Positions 14,320-28,419 are shown, counted from the whole stretch's first letter. The stretch: 63,753 nucleotides of DNA, filler included, from Octopus bimaculoides (GCF_001194135.2; 3 parts of 3 records of this genome joined end to end with filler, not necessarily neighbours in it); one strand, 5' to 3'. Program-made: numbers and translations. The notes: generated from the sequence alone by a model not told the origin.

Positions 14320-16079
14320 TTATGTATATGTATATATACATATAAGAGTTATGGAATGGAGTAGATAAAAGCCGGGCTACATATGTTTCATAGTGAGCAG
14401 GACCTCAGAGTGGTAAATATCCAGGTGACGTGTATACCGCAGGCTACTCTTCAGGTCAACGCTCTCAATACCAAAGTATTCACAGAACACAGAGTGCTTT
14501 AAACATTTTCTAAAAGACATCCGTTTGCACAATATGTTTTTTTTTATATATTAAGTTCTTTACCTGAAAATCTCTATAAGAAAGAACACATGAGCCGCAA
14601 AAGCATTAAACGTTAAAATGCTATACATACGAGCACTAATTGAAACTCATAACACATCGTAATTAATTACTGAGAGAAGTGTACGTGTCTCATATTTGAA
14701 AAACCAATTCGTTATGCTGGTTGTAATACGGCAGCTGACAAACCTAGGCTACATTAATTTCCTGCGATGAAATTTACTTATGATAAATGATTCTGTATGC
14801 ACTCGAAGCATTTAAACACGTATGTTTCAATTCATTTCTCGATAAATATAGTTTCTACGTGTCTCTTTATCGTAATTCACTGAAACACTTAGTCAGTTAA
14901 ATAAGCTTATTGTAAGAGAACAGAGGTAGAAAGCGAGAAGGAAAAAAGGGAAAAATGTCTGAAAGAAAGAGCAAAACAAAGAGAGGTGAAGTCAGAGAAA
15001 GAGAAAAAAGAAAGGTGCGTATACAGAATAGTAATTTACAAACAAATATGATGCGATAAAAACGATTAAGTATTTAATTTATAAAGCACGAAACGTTAAT
15101 CTTTTCTTCAAAACAATACAACAGCATTTAAAAAAATGGAATTTAAAAGGAATTTAGTGAGATAATAACTTAAAATTCCCTAAATGATTATGATAATTAA
15201 AAATCAAGTATTGAAGAAGATAAAACAGACGTATATTTACATCTACGTTTAGATATCCAGCGTAAATGTCTTGCTTTTCTTTTTCGAAACCATGAATTTA
15301 GCATCACAATGTCCCATATGAAATACCGCCTTACCTACAAGCTTACATGCTTTCTTAGTGCCGTGAGAACTACAGAATATAACTTCAGATTCAAAGAGAA
15401 ATGCAGAAGAGGGATAACCCCGATTAGATTCAAAGACATAACTTTAAAAACAGTCAACATCATTGACAGATTTGCACTATTAGACCGTCAGGTCGGAATA
15501 AAATAGCACCATTGGCACCAAGTAGTGATGAGGACTAAACGAAATTTACTTCAGTCAAAATATGTTTGATGAAGCCATAGCTGTATCTAAAAACAGTCAA
15601 CACCACTGAATCTGCCCACGGCTATCTGCCCAGATACACACAGACATACATTTACGTAACGACCAGCCGAACACACAGACATGTATAAATTCACATGCAT
15701 TCCTACAAAATGTATCGTGGTGGTGGTGGTAGTGGTGGCGATGGTATAAAATATCCTTTACTATGTCGTACGCATCGAATAAACAAACACACCCTCTGAC
15801 AAACACATACACACCCACATACAAAATGTGTCGTCGTCGTCGTCGTCGTCGTATAAAATGTCCTTTACTATCGTTGACTATTGAAACATTATTTTCGAGA
15901 AAATTTTATATTGCTTTAATCTAAATGGCAAAAAAAAATTGCATGTTGAAACTGGCGGGGGTGTAATATTATTACCTTGTAAAATTTTGTATGATTTGGT
16001 GCAGCCGTTTGAGAATGCATTGGGAGCAAACAGTCAGGCAGGCAAAGAATTATATATATATATCGTTAGATAGATAGAC

Positions 16080-16116
<37 letters not shown>

Positions 16117-16227
16117 NNNNNNNNNNNNNNNNNNNNNNNNNNNNNNNNNNNNNNNNNNNNNNNNNNNNNTCTAGCAAACAGTCAGGCAGGCAAAGAATTA
16201 TATATATATATCGTTAGATAGATAGAC

Positions 16228-16296
<69 letters not shown>

Positions 16297-16779
16297 CATC
16301 CATACATACACCGACATAAAAAGATACACATACATGCCTACACATATATCGTGATTGCTCCATCTTCACAAACGCTTTCCGCCTTGTTTTGCTCACTCGT
16401 TCTCATTGGTATTCCTGATTTTCAGTCCATGATTTCTCAGCTGCAGATCTGCATGATTTGCATCAGAGGGAACGAACGAATGCTGGAACTTACAATTAGC
16501 TTCCAGCCACTGTTCCATTATAATAAGACTTTCAGTAGATGGAAGTACAAATTAGTTCACCATAAATAGTCATCCATACATTATTGGATTATTGTGACAA
16601 AGGCGGTTAAAACACGAATATATATCTCTCAGCTTCCATGATTAGTATTTTGTGGCAGCTCGAAGCGAGATGAAAAGCAAACCCGAGCAACCGGAGGTTT
16701 TATTACAAAGGGACGCATACATGCATATATCCATAAATACATACATACATTCATTCATANNNNNNNNNNNNNNNNNNNN

Positions 16780-17041
16780 NNNNNNNNNNNGAACACCTGC
16801 ATACATATATACATACATGCATCTAGCATGCATGCATACATGCATCTAGCATGCATGCATGCATCTAGCAGGCATACATGCATCCAGTTATGCATGGTTA
16901 CATACATACGCATGCACGTAAATCCATCCTTCCACACGTCCATCTAACCCATGCATCCATCCATCCATCCATCCAGCTAGACAACCAGCCAGCTAGCCAG
17001 CCATCCAGCTAGCCATACATACATACATACATACATACATG
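16780..17041. repeat. Compound tetranucleotide microsatellite (ATGC/CATA/CCAT/CCAG)
   Basis: Read directly from the sequence. Confidence 0.9.
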
Positions 17042-17137
17042 AAACATGCCAGACGTCTTAGATATTCGATTTACAATTACGAAATATTGGATTCGATCTC
17101 ATTGTGTTTCAGTTTTGTTGAAATTTATTTACTCTAG

Positions 17138-17343
17138 ATTTTGGTCAGTCTGTTACTCGTGGCCGTAACGATTTTGAGGGAGACTGTGCTAATTCACTAG
17201 ATGGAATGCACATGCAATTTACATGTCCTGCCTACGCAAAATACGTCCATGCTGAAATTAAGTTAAGTGCACATGCGCCTGTGGAACCTTCAACCGTACG
17301 TACCATTTTTCAACGAACTTCAGCGGAACAATCGAGCAATTAA
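17138..17343 (+). CDS. Candidate coding exon, product unknown
   Basis: Acceptor tttatttactctag, then 68 open codons (DFGQSVTRGRNDFEGDCANSLDGMHMQFTCPAYAKYVHAEIK...QSSN*) in unique, higher-GC sequence. No recognised homology. Confidence 0.22.
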
Positions 17344-20300
17344 TGACTCAATACTCAATTTTGAAGCCTACCGAGTTCTGTCATTTATATATATATATAT
17401 ATNNNNNNNNNNNNNNNNNNNNNNNNNNNNNNNNNNNNNNNNNNNNNNNNNNNNNNNNNNNNNNNNNNNNNNNNNNNNNNNNNNNNNNNNNNNNNNNNNN
17501 NNNNNNNNNNNNNNNNNNNNNNNNNNNNNNNNNNNNNNNNNNNNNNNNNNNNNNNNNNNNNNNNNNNNNNNNNNNNNNNNNNNNNNNNNNNNNNNNNNNN
17601 NNNNNNNNNNNNNNNNNNNNNNNNNNNNNNNNNNNNNNNNNNNNNNNNNNNNNNNNNNNNNNNNNNNNNNNNNNNNNNNNNNNNNNNNNNNNNNNNNNNN
17701 NNNNNNNNNNNNNNNNNNNNNNNNNNNNNNNNNNNNNNNNNNNNNNNNNNNNNNNNNNNNNNNNNNNNNNNNNNNNNNNNNNNNNNNNNNNNNNNNNNNN
17801 NNNNNNNNNNNNNNNNNNNNNNNNNNNNNNNNNNNNNNNNNNNNNNNNNNNNNNNNNNNNNNNNNNNNNNNNNNNNNNNNNNNNNNNNNNNNNNNNNNNN
17901 NNNNNNNNNNNNNNNNNNNNNNNNNNNNNNNNNNNNNNNNNNNNNNNNNNNNNNNNNNNNNNNNNNNNNNNNNNNNNNNNNNNNNNNNNNNNNNNNNNNN
18001 NNNNNNNNNNNNNNNNNNNNNNNNNNNNNNNNNNNNNNNNNNNNNNNNNNNNNNNNNNNNNNNNNNNNNNNNNNNNNNNNNNNNNNNNNNNNNNNNNNNN
18101 NNNNNNNNNNNNNNNNNNNNNNNNNNNNNNNNNNNNNNNNNNNNNNNNNNNNNNNNNNNNNNNNNNNNNNNNNNNNNNNNNNNNNNNNNNNNNNATTAGG
18201 TTTACGGAAAGTTCTGAGCGTTTTTAAGCAAAATCTTTTAACGCTTCATTGAACACAATATCTTGAAAAATATCTTGAGAAATATCCTTCGACGATTAAA
18301 GAGGAATACTCTCGCCCTTATTTCCAGCACATGAGGAAGACAGGAACGGAATAAAATTGAACATATTCATTTTCGGACCATTGGATTTCTTAAACATGGG
18401 AAACTGCTCACGAGAACACGTAGTTTTATAACCTTTCTATAAATTCCGTTAAACTCTATACATTCACATGCGAATCCCCTTTTATATAAGAGATTTAGAT
18501 TCGATTAAATTGTAATTATAAATCATATTAAATCAAAGTATAACTGATGGCTATTTCTTTAATATTAGAATATTTGTCTCTGAAATTTATATCCATTTCT
18601 CTCGTAACTAATTAAGTGAGTCTTGATTTATTATGTGTCATTTCAGATCGTAACGTTATATGGAATATAATACACATGAGATTCATCATTAATGGCATTA
18701 GTCTATTACTTCCGTTTCCTACGTCACCCACCTTACTTGACTTAGTGTACTGATGCTGTTAAAAAGCATAACAGTGAAATCCCTTGATCTACTCTCGTCC
18801 AAAAATCGACAGTAGTATTTATATTTCAGAAAATGATAATTGTATTGGCGAAATCATTCAGTTGCTATAACATTGCACTAACGGGTAAGTAGTTTCAGGT
18901 TCACTTCTAAAATTATCCTTTTAAATCATCATATTATCTAATCATCATCTCTTAGCCCAGCCAATGAAAATTTGTTTACAAAACTATGCAATAAATAGTG
19001 ATGTACTTTATATTTCTCATAGATATATAAACCAAAAATCGCCAACTTTCTCCCGCATTCAGACGAATGCCACCGTATGTAACAGTGGGAATCTGATTTC
19101 ATGCACGATCTTTTCTTTTCCTTAGGAGAAAATGAGTTATTCTGTCTTACAATCCATTCCCGACTGTTTTGTTTTTCGTTAAATCGCTGTCTTACAAATT
19201 ATGAGGGTGATTATATACCAAGACAATCATACTAATCTATGGGAGGCTACAAGTGGCTGACTATCATTTTGAATAAGCAATACCAAAGATATTATGTTGA
19301 CGTACTAATACTTGTTATTTACTTCTTATCTGCTTAGAGCCAACTAATTTAAATTTAAAGTTCTGTGTTATTTATTATTACTTTCGCACTCATTCGGATT
19401 CCAATAAGAATGGTGCAGTTAATGCATCTTTAATGGCTAACAGTTAACGGGCGCCTGAAATCATGGTCAAAGAGGGAGTTCGAAGGTGCTGACATTATCG
19501 TTAGAAAGGAGTGAAAATAGTAGTTATTTTCGTGTTTCGAGAAATGGATGAAAGAAGAGGAGCGGACACGAGCAGAGTCGACCTGCCTGAGGGTGGTGTG
19601 TGGTGGGGTGTGAGACTAGCTCTGAAGTGTAGAAGCAACTGTACAATTCAAAATAAACAGACAACACATACATTGAATAGAAACTGGAATGTGTTGGCAA
19701 ATGATTTTATGCCAGTCGGCGTAACTTCGGAGATGTAGTTGGTGAAAATTGTGTATATTGTTTTAAATGATATCGGCAAATCATCGGTTCCAATCATTAT
19801 TTGAATAATAACCATATATGAAGAAACACCATATATGAAGAAACCGCGACAGCTAAATTACAAAATTCTCAAACTTCTATACCGTCATTGTACAAACTAT
19901 TTCTAGCGTATGTTTTCTCTAGGCATCAACATTACAGTGTCGAACTACTTCCTGGCATATTGTCGCATATATTCACGTAAACACAAGTGCAATAAATATT
20001 ACGAACAGTATATTTTGTGAAAATAAATGCAATCAATACATAAGCTATATTATAAAACCCGTATTCTTTACGCTTGAATTTAAAATGGCTAACAGAAGGA
20101 AGCATTTGATTTTACTGTTCGTAATACTCATGATATATTTGTGTCGTGGGGCGATAGCAACGGTATCAGCGCTCGTCACTACATTTATAGATAGATTACT
20201 ACTTTGCCACAATAAATAATTATTAGATCACCACGTGTCAAAATATTCCTACTAGTAAAATTTCTCGGGATTAATGAATATATTACAATCAACACTAAAA

Positions 20301-20449
20301 TGGTATCAGACGTGACTATAGGGATATATGCAATACATATACATCAAACTAAGTCTTACACGTGAACAATGTTGGTTCCAAACGCCATGTAGTCCAATAA
20401 TCAGTATAATATATAATTAACTCAACATGTAAAGAATGAGGCTAAGATT

Positions 20450-20826
20450 CTGTTGTGTTGACGGCCCCAGGCGAAGAAGTATGATCTCCCAAGACATAAA
20501 TAGATGTAGTCTGGCCGTGGTGGGAGTTTTGAGTAGCAGTTGAGTAGCAGTTGTGTAGCGGTTGGGTAGAGATCATCCGAAGGTGCTATTAGAAACCTCG
20601 TCGCCACTGTTATATCGCAATATTACACAGTGGTTGTGTGAGCTGCGAATCCTCGTCGCCACTGTTATGTCTTAAGTTACTGCTATCTAGCACCTTCGGA
20701 TGATCTCTACTCAACCGCTACACAACTGCTACTCAACTGCTATTCAACACACCTACCACGGCCAGACTATCTCTATTTATGTCTTGGGAGATCCTACTTC
20801 TGCGACTGGGGGCGTCGACACAACAG
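20450..20826. mobile_element. Foldback/MITE-like element with 139-bp terminal inverted repeats
   Basis: Arms 20450-20588 and 20688-20826 are about 90% reverse-complementary and carry 11-bp subrepeats (ttgagtagcag). The spacer holds an 18-bp direct repeat at 20596 and 20651. Confidence 0.85.
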
Positions 20827-21373
20827 TTTCTTTTTTTTACATATTTGAAATAATGATTTGTTTGCTTCGACAAACACAAAAATATTTCTCGAATGCCAGA
20901 TTATTATACCCCAGTATTGTATTCAGTTAATTAATGCTATCACAAACAACAGCAGTTACGTTCTTTCTTCCGCGATTAACTAAGTCAACAAAACCATCCT
21001 GACACAAAAATTATAGTAACAGATCTATGATAGACCCTGAGTCAAACTGGAAAACGGGTTTTCAGCTAACAGGGTAATAATATGCCAAAATACCAGCAAG
21101 GAGTTGATTCATTACACATTATTATCGAGCCCCAGATCAGACATGATAAGGAATAGCTGCAATCAAGAATGTTTTGGGTGTACCCATCCTATCTTGATTT
21201 CGTTATCTATATCCATATTCTCCAATATATATGTATTATCCTTTCTTAAGTTGCTGGTGTGTAATTCGAGGGGAAATTTGTTGTTATTTCGAGCTCGTTA
21301 TACAATACGTAGATGCTTTTGCTACGGATGCAATCAACTGAATCTCAGCCTTGTTTTTGAGAAAACTCCGTAC

Positions 21374-21406
<33 letters not shown>

Positions 21407-21412
<6 letters not shown>

Positions 21413-22641
21413 AGGTAGATGGCCCTGCTCAGTATGTAGAAAAGGAGTTGGTAGTAACTCTATAAGATGTACCCGGTGCAAGCTATGGACACATAAGAGG
21501 TGCAGCAACATCAAAGGCAGGTTAACTAGGAAGTTAGTTTTTGTTTGTGGCAGATGTTCAGGTGCAATAAAGACTGTAAACAAACAGGNNNNNNNNNNNN
21601 NNNNNNNNNNNNNNNNNNNNNNNNNNNNNNNNNNNNNNNNNNNNNNNNNNNNNNNNNNNNNNNNNNNNNNNNNNNNNNNNNNNNNNNNNNNNNNNNNNNN
21701 NNNNNNNNNNNNNNNNNNNNNNNNNNNNNNNNNNNNNNNNNNNNNNNNNNNNNNNNNNNNNNNNNNNNNNNNNNNNNNNNNNNNNNNNNNNNNNNNNNNN
21801 NNNNNNNNNNNNNNNNNNNNNNNNNNNNNNNNNNNNNNNNNNNNNNNNNNNNNNNNNNNNNNNNNNNNNNNNNNNNNNNNNNNNNNNNNNNNNNNNNNNN
21901 NNNNNNNNNNNNNNNNNNNNNNNNNNNNNNNNNNNNNNNNNNNNNNNNNNNNNNNNNNNNNNNNNNNNNNNNNNNNNNNNNNNNNNNNNNNNNNNNNNNN
22001 NNNNNNNNNNNNNNNNNNNNNNNNNNNNNNNNNNNNNNNNNNNNNNNNNNNNNNNNNNNNNNNNNNNNNNNNNNNNNNNNNNNNNNNNNNNNNNNNNNNN
22101 NNNNNNNNNNNNNNNNNNNNNNNNNNNNNNNNNNNNNNNNNNNNNNNNNNNNNNNNNNNNNNNNNNNNNNNNNNNNNNNNNNNNNNNNNNNNNNNNNNNN
22201 NNNNNNNNNNNNNNNNNNNNNNNNNNNNNNNNNNNNNNNNNNNNNNNNNNNNNNNNNNNNNNNNNNNNNNNNNNNNNNNNNNNNNNNNNNNNNNNNNNNN
22301 NNNNNNNNNNNNNNNNNNNNNNNNNNNNNNNNNNNNNNNNNNNNNNNNNNNNNNNNNNNNNNNNNNNNNNNNNNNNNNNNNNNNNNNNNNNNNNNNNNNN
22401 GGCACATAAAAGACACCATTTCGAGCGTGGCCGTTGCCAGTATCGCCTCACTGGCCTTCGTGCAGGTGACACGTAAAACACCTACTACACTCTCTGAGTG
22501 GTTGGCGTTAGGAAGGGCATCCAGCTGTAGAAACTCTGCCAAATTTAGATTGGAGCCTGGTGTTGCCATCCGGTTTCACCAGTCCTCAGTCAAGTCGTCC
22601 AACCCATGCTAGCATGGAAAGCGGACGTTAAACGATGATGA
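21407..22641 (+). mobile_element. 5'-truncated RTE-like LINE spanning an N-gap (Cys/His-rich ORF segment plus 3' UTR)
   Basis: Reads PSGRWPCSVCRKGVGSNSIRCTRCKLWTHKRCSNIKGRL...VCGRCSG before the gap. After the gap is a 3' UTR ending ggacgttaaacgatgatgat with a (GAT)n tail. Joining across the gap is inferred. Confidence 0.75.
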
Positions 22642-25600
22642 TATATAGGGAGATACATCCGCATCTAACTATCTATCTACCTATCTCTCTCTCCCTCCCC
22701 TCAGGCTCTCTTTCTCTCACTCTGTATAAATTTATATATTTCTTTTTCAGAATGACAGGAAATACAATGGGATCTGTTGTAATAAATCTATAAACATTTT
22801 CTATAATGTCTTAAAGCAATTCGCCAATTTCCAATTTCATACAACATCCTCAGTGTTCTTGGCTTATTTATTAATTTGAAAACGTCAAATAACAAACCTG
22901 GTGTTCATGCCGATTATTCTCATTTCCAAAATCTGTCGCCAATGGATTTTATTAAACCACCTAATAACGGATAACGGAAATAACTTACTAGTTGCTACCT
23001 ACTGCTTTCAGACATTTTACTCAATAAACATATAGGTGAATGCATGTGTATGTATATGCGTGTGAAAGAAAGACTACTGTACATTACTAAAGTATGAATT
23101 TACAGTAAAATATATATAATTCTTGAAATGTAAAGATCCGAGTAATTATGATGGATGAAATTGTACACATGATTTAAATGTAAATTACGTAATCCAGTAT
23201 TGCATAATTTCTTTTGAAAATTCTTTTTTGTCAATACGAAATTTTAATGCTTTGAGTGCTAGTTTTTAATCTTTCAAAAAGATCCACCAGCCTGTTTAAT
23301 TNNNNNNNNNNTGTGTTTTTTTTTTTGTTTTCATTTTTTTTTCTATACTGTTCAATTAAAATCGAGTTTGATGGGGAATGTGATTTAGAATTTAATACAG
23401 CTATTTAGTTGTTGGCGACAATCTTCTATGTAACACTGTTTTAAATTGTTGGCCTCTAATTAATGCAAAGCTGAAGGCGAGAGAATATTTGATATGAAAA
23501 CGACTTTCAGAAAGTGGGGTCAAAATTCAAACTTCACTGACAATAATTTTTATTTCTTTTCTCTCCGTAGGATTAAAAAATGCAATTAATTCTTTTTATG
23601 AAATATGACCAAAGGATTATAGTAAACTAGCATTGAACACAATGAAGTCAATATGTTATATGTTGTTCATAATGTGATGGTTTATATTCAGAGCCCGAAG
23701 AGAAAATTTCTGTTGTCTGAAAGATTAATATAACTAATAATATTTTGAAGCGAGCATTTTACACGTTTAGTAATTACCGTGCAGAAGCAACCCAAAAATG
23801 TTAGTATAAGAAACAAAATTAACCGGATACAATATAGGACACTATATCTCCAGAAGTTAATCGTGCCATAATAATGTTGCTGAAAAATCTAAATATCGAC
23901 GTGTCAATATTTTTAGAGCATTTACGTTATATTGTTTGCAAAGAATAGACTTATCATTCGTGTGAACATGAATACTTTTTTTTTTACAAATGTGAAGAAC
24001 TTTTGCATATACAGTAACAGTACTTGATATTCGCTGTCTGGATTTAATCGAGAAAATATGACGAATTCGAAGAAAAAGCAATTTTCAAGTATCAATAACC
24101 ACGCTTTAATATATTCTCTTCTATATACGTGTGTTATATCTTTTATTTTTACTTGTCCCAAGCAGCAGTGAAACATGTAAGTATGGATACTGTGAGCAGA
24201 AGTATATGACATTTTAAGGCCGTAGGAAAACTTATTTAAGCAGTTGAATATAACCGTTTTTGTTTCTTTTTCTCGGATAAATATTTTGTGCCGTAAGTTA
24301 AATGCCACTTCTCTCCATAACATACAATCGTGTTCTAATTAATACACTTCACTACGTACTTTTGCGACGCAGAATACTAACAGTTTCCTTGGACTCCTAT
24401 TTTTTTTATCATCATAGTAATGAAACATACGAAGGATTTATTGTGTATGTCATCTCTTAATGTATCCACCTTGCTGATGATAAAATAGATCTTCACTGCA
24501 TCAGAAGTAAAAAAAAAATTGTTAGATAAACAGGTAACTGAAACTATCTTCTCTGATGATTAAAGCAACCAAACTTGTAATGATTTTAGTGACTTTATGT
24601 ATTGTAAGGATTTAAAGCATAGGGGTGAACACCTGAGGTAAGTATCGGAGTCACCATGATCGATTTTACTCCAATGAATAAAATCACTAAAAGTATTAAG
24701 AAAACAAAAACAAAAGCAAAAACAGAAAGATAAATGTTATGGAAATATGTACCGTGTAAATTATCTTTAATGTATTCTAGAATGGTTTAGGACATTGTAT
24801 TTGATTAACATAGACAGTTATATGTTAGCAGCACGGTGTCATTATCGTATTATATTTTATCGATTTAGTCTGTTGACTGGATGGACATTACATATGTGTA
24901 TTTTATGTCCGTGTCACTTAGTAAATAAAACAAGCTTGCAAGAACAAAATTACTAACTTTCTTATATGACAGACAAAATATCACTATGAGCTACCAAAAT
25001 AATACTAATAGAGAGATATTATTTAAATATAAGTGCAGGGAACTAAGGACATCAACGATTACAACAAAGAAACGAAAAATGCCGTGTAAGCTTAGAACAT
25101 GATCCATTTACATGAGGATCAATTAAACAAGTGTAAACGTAATACGATATGAAATAGACGCTCAATAATGTGAAATTCATTATGTATTGTAATAACACAA
25201 GGAAGGCCACAGTGACCAAGTCATAGAGTACAATACGAGCAGCTGTCATCGAATGTCGTTCTATAATCAGAATTTAAATCAAAATTGGCCATCTCCACCT
25301 AGTTGTAAGGATTTTCACACCCACAGCAGCGACTTCGGTAAATTTATCCCGGAGTAACACATTGTTGTCATGATTCTTTAGCGTACAGTGCAAGGTTGCT
25401 CACGTCCACATGTATGCACATACACACACGCGTGCAAACACTCACTCACACACTTACACACACACACAAACACACACACACAGACACACACACACACACA
25501 TTTGTGTGTGTATATATNNNNNNNNNNNNNNNNNNNNNNNNNNNNNNNNNNNNNNNNNNNNNNNNNNNNNNNNNNNNNNNNNNNNNNNNNNNNNNNNNNN

Positions 25601-26739
25601 NNNNNNNNNNNNNNNNNNNNNNNNNNNNNNNNNNNNNNNNNNNNNNNNNNNNNNNNNNNNNNNNNNNNNNNNNNNNNNNNNNNNNNNNNNNNNNNNNNNN
25701 NNNNNNNNNNNNNNNNNNNNNNNNNNNNNNNNNNNNNNNNNNNNNNNNNNNNNNNNNNNNNNNNNNNNNNNNNNNNNNNNNNNNNNNNNNNNNNNNNNNN
25801 NNNNNNNNNNNNNNNNNNNNNNNNNNNNNNNNNNNNNNNNNNNNNNNNNNNNNNNNNNNNNNNNNNNNNNNNNNNNNNNNNNNNNNNNNNNNNNNNNNNN
25901 NNNNNNNNNNNNNNNNNNNNNNNNNNNNNNNNNNNNNNTATATATATATATATATATATGTGTATGTATATATGTAGCGAGAAAGAGAGAGAGAGAGTGA
26001 GAGAGAAAGAGATCCAATTTGTAAATAAGACTGTATCCAGTTTTCATATGGAAAGAAAATATTCTGTATCAGTCACACGACACATTGTGTTATTCCACTC
26101 ACCATTGAAGCTCACGAGAAATCAGAGACGTAATCATTCAACCTGCCTTAAATAGCTGTCGAATTTCACATCATAAAAAGAAATGGAGACGTTGACTATT
26201 GTACTCCGAAGGTAAATGTTCAGAAAGGTAAATGCTGCGATATCCTTAAGTGTAAGTCTTCTCAGCTACGAATGATATTGAGATCAACAAAAATTAGCCT
26301 AAGGCACATCTTATTAATGTCTCTAAATGGTGCTAAATTTGCAAATATTCTGTTCTTGAGTTGTTTACATTTACAATTAATTTTATAAATTCTTTATACA
26401 TACCAGAAATGTTTTCTATTAGATCTTTACATTTCAATAATGTTGAAAGATAACACCATTATCCTAACACGAGATGCATTTGTCTGTCATAGACAGTAAT
26501 TTTTATATGAGGTTCCCGCCCTCTAGATGCATTATGTGGCTTGAAGGGTAAGCAAAATTCCCAGTTATGTACACGTAAGCTGCTGACATGTAATGCGGTG
26601 TACCACCCAAAGGCAGACGAAGTTTGTGTTTGCCTCCCCAGAGCCCAAGGAAGTCGAGGTTTCATCTAATTTTTTGATATCCCCTACAAAACCATTGAAA
26701 TTCGACAGGCCAAATAACTTGAAACAACAAACGACTGGA

Positions 26740-27393
26740 TACTAAAACTTGCTCATATTATGAAAGAATTTCCTAGACTTGACCCAAACCACTACAAGTT
26801 GTGGCAGCACAACAAGGCATCGAAAGTCTACGTTGGAAACTGTGCGAAAAGTGAGGACTAAAGAGAGGCAAGACATGGTACGAGGACAAACCGCAGACAG
26901 CGGCAGAGTCGGAGACCGGCAAAATCCTCTGGAATTTCCCAATCCAAACAGATAAGGTGCTAGAACATAACAAACCGGACCTAGCAGTGGTGGACAAGAT
27001 GCACCACGTATGCTATATAGTTGATGTTGCAAGCCCCTTTGATCCACGAATAGTCAAGAAGGGAGACGAAACGATAGATAGCTAGAACTCTCTTAAGTAC
27101 GAAATAGCCCGACCATGGAAAATGAAGAAGGTGAAGATAGTGCCAATTATTCTTGGGTCCTTGAGAACAGTATCAGAAGGCATCATGAGGAATATAAAGC
27201 AAATTGGAATAGAGTGCCCGGTAGAGCTGTTATAAAAAGTTTTGCATCCTCGGCACGGCCGGAATAACCAAGAAAGTATTAGATAGCTGAAAAGAACGAA
27301 TAGCATGGTACCGTAGGCGGGCAGGTAGCAAGCCCTATATACGCATGAGAGAATCCAAGAGCTCCAACAAAACCTGTGATAAAGAGAAAATAG
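26740..27393 (+). mobile_element. R4/Dong-like non-LTR retrotransposon 3' fragment (zinc-knuckle remnant plus restriction-like endonuclease)
   Basis: Frameshifted KILWNFPIQTDKVLEHNKPDLAVVDKMHHVCYIVDVASPFD...LKYEIARPWKMKKVKIVPII carries the PD-(D/E)xK-type RLE. It ends in an (AAC)/(TAA)n tail at 27394-27481. Confidence 0.85.
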
Positions 27394-27441
27394 TAATAAC
27401 AACAACAACAACATCAACAATAATAATACTACTACTACTAC

Positions 27442-27481
<40 letters not shown>

Positions 27482-27687
27482 CGAAGCTAAAAGAAGTAAA
27501 GAAGTAATTGAAATTGTATTCTGATGAACTAAATGCACTAAAAGCCATGAAATAACCCACTGTGTGCACTTAAATTCAGCGTACAAATCCCGGTGCGATG
27601 AACTTTTAGTTTTACCTGTTCAGCGTTGATAAAGTAAGCATCAATTAAATTGACTACATGATCTGTGTGTCTTTTCTGCACAGACTA

Positions 27688-27892
27688 GACTGGTAGGATC
27701 GTTAGCATGCGGAATAAAATGCTTAGCGGCATTTCGTCAGCCTTTACGTTCCGAGTTCTAATTCCACCGAAGTCGACTTTGCCTTTCATCCTTTCCGGGT
27801 CGATAAATTAAGTACCGTTGAAACACTCGGGTCGATATAATCGTCTAGTCCCCTCCTCTAAAATTGCAGGTCTTGTGCCTTTAGCAGAAAAG
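27688..27892 (+). mobile_element. SINE family A (tail type 2)
   Basis: Head, box B (gagttctaattcc), body and tail gtcttgtgcctttagcagaaaag, followed by (ATT)n. Confidence 0.9.
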
Positions 27893-27905
27893 ATTATTAT
27901 TATAA

Positions 27906-27932
<27 letters not shown>

Positions 27933-27936
<4 letters not shown>

Positions 27937-28331
27937 TTCTCATTATCATAAGCCTTGTTGGAGTTCCTGGAGACTTACATGCGTAGCGGGCTTGCCACAT
28001 GCAGCTTACAGTACCATGTTATCTGGTATTTTCAGATATCTAATACTCGCCTCATTATTCTGGCCGTGCCAGGGACGCAAACCTTTCGTAACATTTCTAC
28101 TGAGCACTCTATTCCATTTCCTTTATATTCCCCTTGATGCTTTCTGATATTGTTCCCAAGTACCCAACAATAATTGGCACTAACTTCACTTTCTTCATTT
28201 TCCAAAGTCGGGTTATTTCGTACTTAACAGGGTTGTATTTATTTCTTTTCGCCTTCCATCTTGACACTTCGTGTGTCAAACGGGCATGCAACCTCAACTA
28301 TATAGCATATGTGATGCACCTTGTTCACCGC
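27933..28331 (-). mobile_element. R4/Dong-like retrotransposon 3' fragment, same family as 26740-27393
   Basis: Minus strand reads AVNKVHHICYIVEVACPFDTR...NKYNPVKYEITRLWKMKKVKLVPIIVGYLGTIS...VPGTARIMRRVLDI*. The 3' UTR aligns with copy 1. Trinucleotide repeats lie on both sides. Confidence 0.85.
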
Positions 28332-28381
28332 TATTATTGTTGTTTTTGTTATCATCATCACCATCATCATCATCATCATCA

Positions 28382-28416
<35 letters not shown>

Positions 28417-28419
<3 letters not shown>

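Noticed and set aside
16025-16290. Direct repeat agcaaacagtcaggcaggcaaagaatt...(GATA)n on both sides of a 53-N gap
   Set aside because: Identical sequence either side of a gap ending in a microsatellite is most likely an uncollapsed contig overlap.
19811-19844. Perfect 17-bp tandem duplication accatatatgaagaaac
   Set aside because: Ordinary local slippage duplication with no element between the copies.
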